Positions 57,868 to 64,000 of a stretch of 64,000 nucleotides of DNA are shown one piece after another. The DNA comes from Lepidodermella squamata (lineage: Eukaryota; Animalia; Gastrotricha). How positions within the stretch are numbered: position 1 is the first letter of the stretch; each line of letters begins with the position of its first letter. The stretch covers positions 1,860,001-1,924,000 of the forward strand of contig JBLDXI010000031.1 in the NCBI GenBank assembly GCA_047495785.1. The letters are read 5' to 3'. Made by a program: the position numbers and the translations under genes. The notes below the pieces were generated by a model. That model was not told where the DNA came from. It saw nothing but the letters and a program-made list of their open reading frames with translations, and ran no database searches.

Positions 57868-59349
57868 GAATCCTAAAACAAGATTGTCAGCTTCGCGTCG
57901 CTTTTTAAACGGATTTTTCGTCCAAAAATAAGCATCGTCGATACCCATCTATAAACAATTGTTAATTTTTTTGACGTTGGCAGAATTTAACATAGACAAT
58001 AAAAAGTGGAAAAAGTGTTCATTGAACTTCGAGCAGTTGCGTCAATCCTGAGCGAAAGAAAGAGTAAGATTTTGGTGTAACTGTAAATAAATGGCAAATC
58101 ATTGCAGAGAATCATGAATCTCATCAGGCATGTAATCGTGGAAAAAACATTCAAAAATTTGAGGCTCGTGTCCGCATTCGTTTCACTCTTGCTTCGACTC
58201 GTTTCGACTCGTTTCGACGTTTAGATTGGATCGAGCCGATTTTTTTCCAGCTCGGATTTGAATCCTCGGAATTTGAAACCAGACTTACTGGTCCCGAATT
58301 TCTTGTGAAATGAAGAAAATGGTTGTTTCTCAATTTTTCTCGCTTCACTCGACTGGGCAAAAATAAATCGTTGGTTTTTTTTAGCTTCGCTCGCATTTTG
58401 AAAAATACACCTCAAATTATCAAATAGGGTAGGTGACGTTTTCCCAAGAGGGTTATGTAAAATATTTGCGCAATATTATGTGTCCCCTAGAGTAATTTGC
58501 GTTGATGTTATTCAGGATTGCTTATGATTTAAGAAAGGGGAAGAAAGTGGAAAATGTAGAAGGAAGAATAGGAACAAGGGAAGATAGAGAAAGGAAGAAC
58601 AGAGAGAGGGAAGAGGAAGGGTCACGGCAAATCACAAAAAATGGAACCAGTTACGTAACGCGCTGCGTTACAGGGCTACTCATCGTTGAGAGTGAAGAGG
58701 TGGGAAAAACCGCGAGTCAGGTGTCGCTAAAGCGTGCGTGTTCGCGTCGCTGAGTAAAAAGCAGGTCAGTTGCGGCCAGTTGCGCAATGCGCACTCGGGT
58801 TAACGCGCGCCGGCTACGTGACCTCACTGATGACCATGGCGGAATAGTAATGGTCCATATTCCTTCATGCTGATGACCGTCTTCCCCAGTCCGACTTCGC
58901 TGCTAGGCGAGCCGTGACTAACTGGGCCATGCCGTTTTTTCATGATTCGCTGTGGCGATTGAGGCAACAAAAATCAAGCACATCTCTTCCGCATGTACTA
59001 CCTTGTTCTGCTTGCAAGAAGAGCAGCGTCGTTTTAATTACAGGAAGAATCGCACTGTAAACAACAACGCCGAAGATTTTGTTTGTTTACACGAAAAATG
59101 TTACAGCCGACGACGCCGCCGGTTAACAAAAGGCCCACCAACTACAAGACGCTTTCCGCTCTGACACCGCCACTAACTGTCAAATCTGGAAGCTGCGCTG
59201 GTACCATTTTAATTGCATGAATCTACCTCCGTGAGTGTCTCGCCGATTAGCAAGACAATGAAAGATTGCTCATTTAGCATTTCTCACGATCAATGCTCCA
59301 TCTCAAAAACGTAAGAACAACGTAAGAACAAACGAGTTTAATATCAACG

Positions 59350-60660
59350 CTTTATTTCAATATATCATTTTGATAACAATAACAAGCATTAGAAGTCAGC
59401 GGAAACAAAAATAGAAATTCGTTCGAACTGCGAAAGCAACATACCTGGAGAAAAACAAGAAAACTCATTAACTGATCAATAATTGCATCAACTAGCTAGT
59501 CAGAATTTTAACATTTAAATCAGACAAGGGCATGTTTGGTTTGTTTTCATCTACGAATATCTATTTGGCCAAATCAACAATCATCATTCAACTACCACAT
59601 CTAAACATAGGTCAGCTAAACAACACTCACCTTTAGCCTCCATCGCGTCAATGTCGAGCCGCATCGTTCGATCCAACACCTGGAAGTTCATGTAAATAAC
59701 GTTATTGGGAGTGACACATCAATATCCAGACGAAGTAAATCTGACGAAGAAGTCTCATAAGAACGAAAGTGATAATCGTCAGAGAAGTCAGACGAACGAG
59801 ACAGTTTTCAAATCATCGACTCCAGTATTCACTACAGTAAGAAAGAAGGCTTCATACCTGTGTGGACGCCAGTGAGACCGCCAACGGACAACCGGCAGGA
59901 GACGGAGGAGTCTAGCATCGAATGACCTGAAATCAAAGCAACATTATCAACCACGTAAGCAAGCATAGCTGATGGAAAAAGGGTGACGAAATAAATTCAG
60001 TCGAAAGATGGTGAAGGGGGTTACTTTCATTGATAATCAATTATCTTTTTATGCATCATGAAAGAAAGCTTGATAATGCCGTGAGATAATCATCAAATGC
60101 CCACCTTCAGAGAATTGGATCCATCGATTCCATCGGAAGAGCAACCATTATCTGAAAAATAAATAACATTGAATGAAAACCGCCCTTAGACGAAGTATAA
60201 TACAGCAATTTATCTACGGTGGTAAGCGGTGAAAGATGCTCTAGCAATGTTAATATCTCGAGCACTTATTCAATGTAAAGTACCCAAAGATCGTGATACA
60301 TTGCGTAAAATTAAACAAAGGTAACAAACGTACCATGAGTACTTGGTAGCCAGAATGCTTGGGAGGTGAGAAAGATCTGCAATCTGCAACGAAAAATGTT
60401 GAAATGTAATCGAACTCAGTGAATAGGACGCCATATAGACTACTGGAACAACGCCCTCCCGCAGTGCGAAAATCAATTTTGGTGCAGTACACACGGATGA
60501 GCTGCTGAGTTGAAAGCAATCTCATCCAAATCAGGCACCTAACTTAAAATGCAACTGGCATAATTAAGCACTCACCGGCACATAACGCAGCTAAGATGAA
60601 CTTTCGATTGTGGCTTCATACAGCTAACAGAACACTAACATCAGATATTGAAGTGAACTC
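59350..60660 (-). ncRNA. Candidate multi-exon transcript without a long ORF (lncRNA or decayed gene)
   Basis: A series of paired acceptor/donor sites bounding ~50-70-nt exons, with AATAAA near 59355. Confidence 0.35.
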
Positions 60661-62773
60661 AACCGCTCCCTTAAATCAGCCATGCCACGTGCTTTTGTCT
60701 GCCGAAATAGAAAATCGCTTTTAGAGAAAAACCACGTGCTTCGGGCTAAGGGTCTTAAGTTTTATTTAAAACATAATAAAAATCTTCATATATCATGGAA
60801 AAATTTATTTTGGTTAGGTTTTGTAATAATTTATTGAAAACCAAATTCTCTTGTCGCAGTTAACCTCAAGCCCTTTTAGAAAAGCCTGCTGCAACAGATA
60901 ATTTTATTTAACTTGGCGAGAATCGGTACATATTGAAAATAAATTGAATATCCCAAAATTTGATATTTTTGATAAATAACGTCAACGGCGAATTACCCAT
61001 AAATTTGCCGAGAAAAAATTGGCACAGAACAGAGAGCGAACTCCTGAGTGCCTCTCTACTTCGCGTTGTTTTCTGCGTTGTTAATGTTCATTGTTAGTTG
61101 TTAGCCTGACTATGAAATTGCGTTATCAGTTATCGTGAAACGGCAGCTATTGCAGAATTAGATTTGAGCTCATTTTTGCGCTAGGCGTTAGAAATCATTG
61201 CATTTTCTATCTAACTGTTGAATGAAAGTTTGAGATGTTTTCTCTTTTTACGTGTGGCGTATCGAAGATAGAGACGGTCTAACGTTCAGGCGGCGACCGT
61301 CCAACCTAATCTTCACTTACTTAATAGCTTGTGACGTAATTTTTTATGTGATCACCAGGGGACCTCTACCATTCTCCATTCTCTATTGTTTGGTATGACA
61401 TTTATCAATCATCAAGATGATATTTTTTGCTCTCAGTTAACGCGTAGTGTGCCACTTGAAACGTCGGGCTAAATTGGTGCTACATAGTCTCTATCTGTGG
61501 CATATGTGTCTGGCAGTTCTGTTTTGCATTTCTGTGCCATTTCTGTGACCCGATTGTCTCAGGTCTCAGCATTTGACAGCTTTTCAATTTCCCTGCGTAG
61601 TTTTTAGTTTAATATACTGTTCGATCATATTAGTTGCTTCGAGAGCTGGCAGAGCACAGAATTCTTCTTATTTTTTCAAGCACATGTAATGTGGTATTGA
61701 TGCCAGGATTAGCGCTGCATTTTGTTGTCGGAACCGATTTTTGGTAGCTATTAATTGCAAATTACTAGCACGGCTCATTATCAGAGTCTCGTTTTGCGAT
61801 GTGCATTTGGAGCTAAGAAATCTGGAATTTCGCTTTCTGTCATCACGTGAATTCTATGGAAAATTGAATCGCCCGGAAGTGAAGAAATTGACGAAAAGCT
61901 TAGAATTTGCGTTGAATTGAGATGTTCGACAAAACAGTTATTGCTAAATAACCGCTCGAACGCCGCACACTATTGCTCTTAAATTCATTTCATTTACCTT
62001 TCGGCATTTATTATTTCTGTGTTACTGCAGTCTATAATTGCATATCACGCGAATATGTTTTTGAAATCCGAAAAACACTTCGCTAACATTCGCGTTTTTA
62101 AAAATGCGATGTGCGCTCAGCTTGAAGCCTAGTTTTTGAATTAATAATTGCTCAAACAGCTAGATTCTTAGTAACTAACCGATTTTGATTTGACGCTCCA
62201 CGTCAATTAGGCTTTATTCACTCTGAAAGAATGAATGTTTTAAATTTTCATTTTTTACGTGGATATCAGCTGTGCGTTTGTTTAACGGAAATTGCAGTAG
62301 ACAGTAGGCACACACAAACAGGGTGCCCGAAATTGGCGCTTGGTTGTTCATTCATGAAGCTGGCCTACTTTGCGTAGCATGTCATTTGTTCTTTCATATT
62401 TGAATTCATTTGCATTGTTACAGGAAGATTTCACTATAGATTAAGTTCTGAAAAAGATGCTCGAGGTTTCCGGATCGTGAACGTCATTTATGCTATTATT
62501 TTATTTCAAGATGATCATCATTAATGGCCTTTTTTATTTCTACTCTCGATGAGTTAATTACAGACACGCGTGGCCGGAAGCTTTTTTCCCGCACATTTAA
62601 CTCTTGCATTTTTAATTATGCATTCATTTAAAAAAGGCTATTGAAATGATTGACTGAACCGCTGGAATATAGAGAGTCTGAAACCTACAACCTCCTTCTG
62701 CAACTATCGTGTGTGCGTGTTGTCACATCATTTACTGTCTTCGGTTGCTCAATCTACTAAAACGTGCTATTAA

Positions 62774-62985
62774 ATGGCGAGGGTGGAGACTTTTCGCGTC
62801 TCGTTACCGCCGCCACCGCCCCATCACCATCAGCCGCAGCAGCAGCAGTTGGTTGGTGGCGGGGCGTATCTCGCCGACCCACTCGCGGTGCCTTCTGCGG
62901 AGCAGCAGCAGCAAGTTCGACCGGCGAAAATGAAGTTTTCAGCGATTTGGGATGTGGAGAAGACGCCGACCAACTGCGTGCCAAG
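62774..62985 (+). CDS. PACS: First coding exon of phosphofurin acidic cluster sorting protein (PACS1/PACS2 family); gene continues beyond the window
   Basis: Pro/His/Gln-rich N-terminus, then PAKMKFSAIWDVEKTPTNCVPR. This matches the start of the PACS furin-binding region (recalled as M.LFATWEVD....CVPR). It ends at the donor AG|GTTCGT. Confidence 0.8.
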
Positions 62986-64000
62986 GTTCGTGTTTTTTGT
63001 TCGTCTATCCAAGCTCGTTACAGCAGCAGCGCGGCGGCGGCGGAAAATCAGTGCGCCCAGCTCGTTTATTGCGTTCGCCTAAGCAAACACGCTTTTTATC
63101 TATGCGCGTGTGTGCGTTACTGCATGGAGAGGCGAATAAGAGGAAGAAGCATGAGATGATGCTGCTACTGAGCAAACATGCCGCCGGCGGTTGCATTCGA
63201 TACCAGCGTCATTATTATACGCCGCGCGAGTTCGTTTATTTTTTTTATGCCGCGGCCGCCGTTAATATTTCACTTGCAAATTGGCGGCTGCTGCTGATGT
63301 GGCGTAATTCGATCAAGAGTCACGTTGATTCGCGCTTGTTAAATCGCAATCATGGCCGCCCGATGATAGACACGGTTTTTTCATTTGTGTTAATGTTGCA
63401 GACTGTGTCGGCTGAATGTTACGCGGCTCGAGCTGCGGCCAAGTGTGCTCCTGCCAGAACTACCTGCCACCGTTCTACTTGCCGTCAAAATACAGGTAAA
63501 AACTGAGAAAGAAAAGTCATAACGTAGATTTTAATGAAACTGAAAATTGAAGTCTTGGAAATGATTGGAATTAAATCAGGACGAGAATGAATCGGCTGTT
63601 CAAAGTCAATTTCATGTTTCTATAACGGCGAATTTGTGTATTTAATCTGCTAATTGAAAATAATCCATGGACATTTTTTTATTTCTACCTATCCTCATTT
63701 GAGAAATGACCGTGATTTCCGTTGTGCTGTAGGCTATTGATTAGAGAGCAAATATTTACGCGTGAATTTTTAACTGGTTCACGTGGAGGATAGTCGTTAA
63801 TTCTCGCTTACGGAGCCTCTGGAGCCTGGTTTTGAGCTGTATTTTGCACCTATGGGAATAAGTGTGGGAAAACGCGAGGTTCAGCCTCTGGGATTTCGCG
63901 TGCTGCATTAATTATTCATACTATTTTAGGATTTAAATAGACCCTATTTTTGCTTGCGTTGATCTCTGGTAAAACGGTTACTCTTGGACTTGTTTAACCT

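Noticed and set aside
62764-63506. Alternative ORFs (131 and 184 aa) around the PACS exon
   Set aside because: Only the 62774 frame carries the conserved PACS motif and ends at a donor site. The others run through intron sequence.

Overview
Eukaryotic (invertebrate-type) nuclear DNA, with short AT-rich GT-AG introns, tRNA genes lacking encoded CCA, and oligo-T Pol III terminators. About half the window is two tandem arrays (1-16434 and 31535-48334) of one ~4.4-kb cassette. Each cassette holds 27 tRNA genes with 25 anticodons for 18 amino acids: all eight A34/inosine tRNAs are present, His and Met are absent. I counted about 195 tRNA genes or fragments by eye. The two arrays are inverted relative to each other and bracket a ~15-kb single-copy island of four divergently arranged housekeeping genes (TTC7, ALDH6A1 | FAAH-like amidase, TBCC). 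The arrays show active turnover: microhomology-junction sub-repeats, a duplication mediated by Ser(CGA)/Ser(AGA) recombination, and variants shared between the two arms. They also carry a 5'-truncated LINE and a 550-bp foldback element whose inverted repeats each contain an outward-facing tRNA-like Pol III cassette. To the right lie a spliced gene for a secreted double cystine-knot-like peptide (largely invisible in the ORF track), an RTE-like remnant, a ~1370-aa secreted Thr-rich protein with galaxin-like Cys repeats, a candidate spliced non-coding transcript, and the first coding exon of a PACS gene. All calls were made by eye, without databases.
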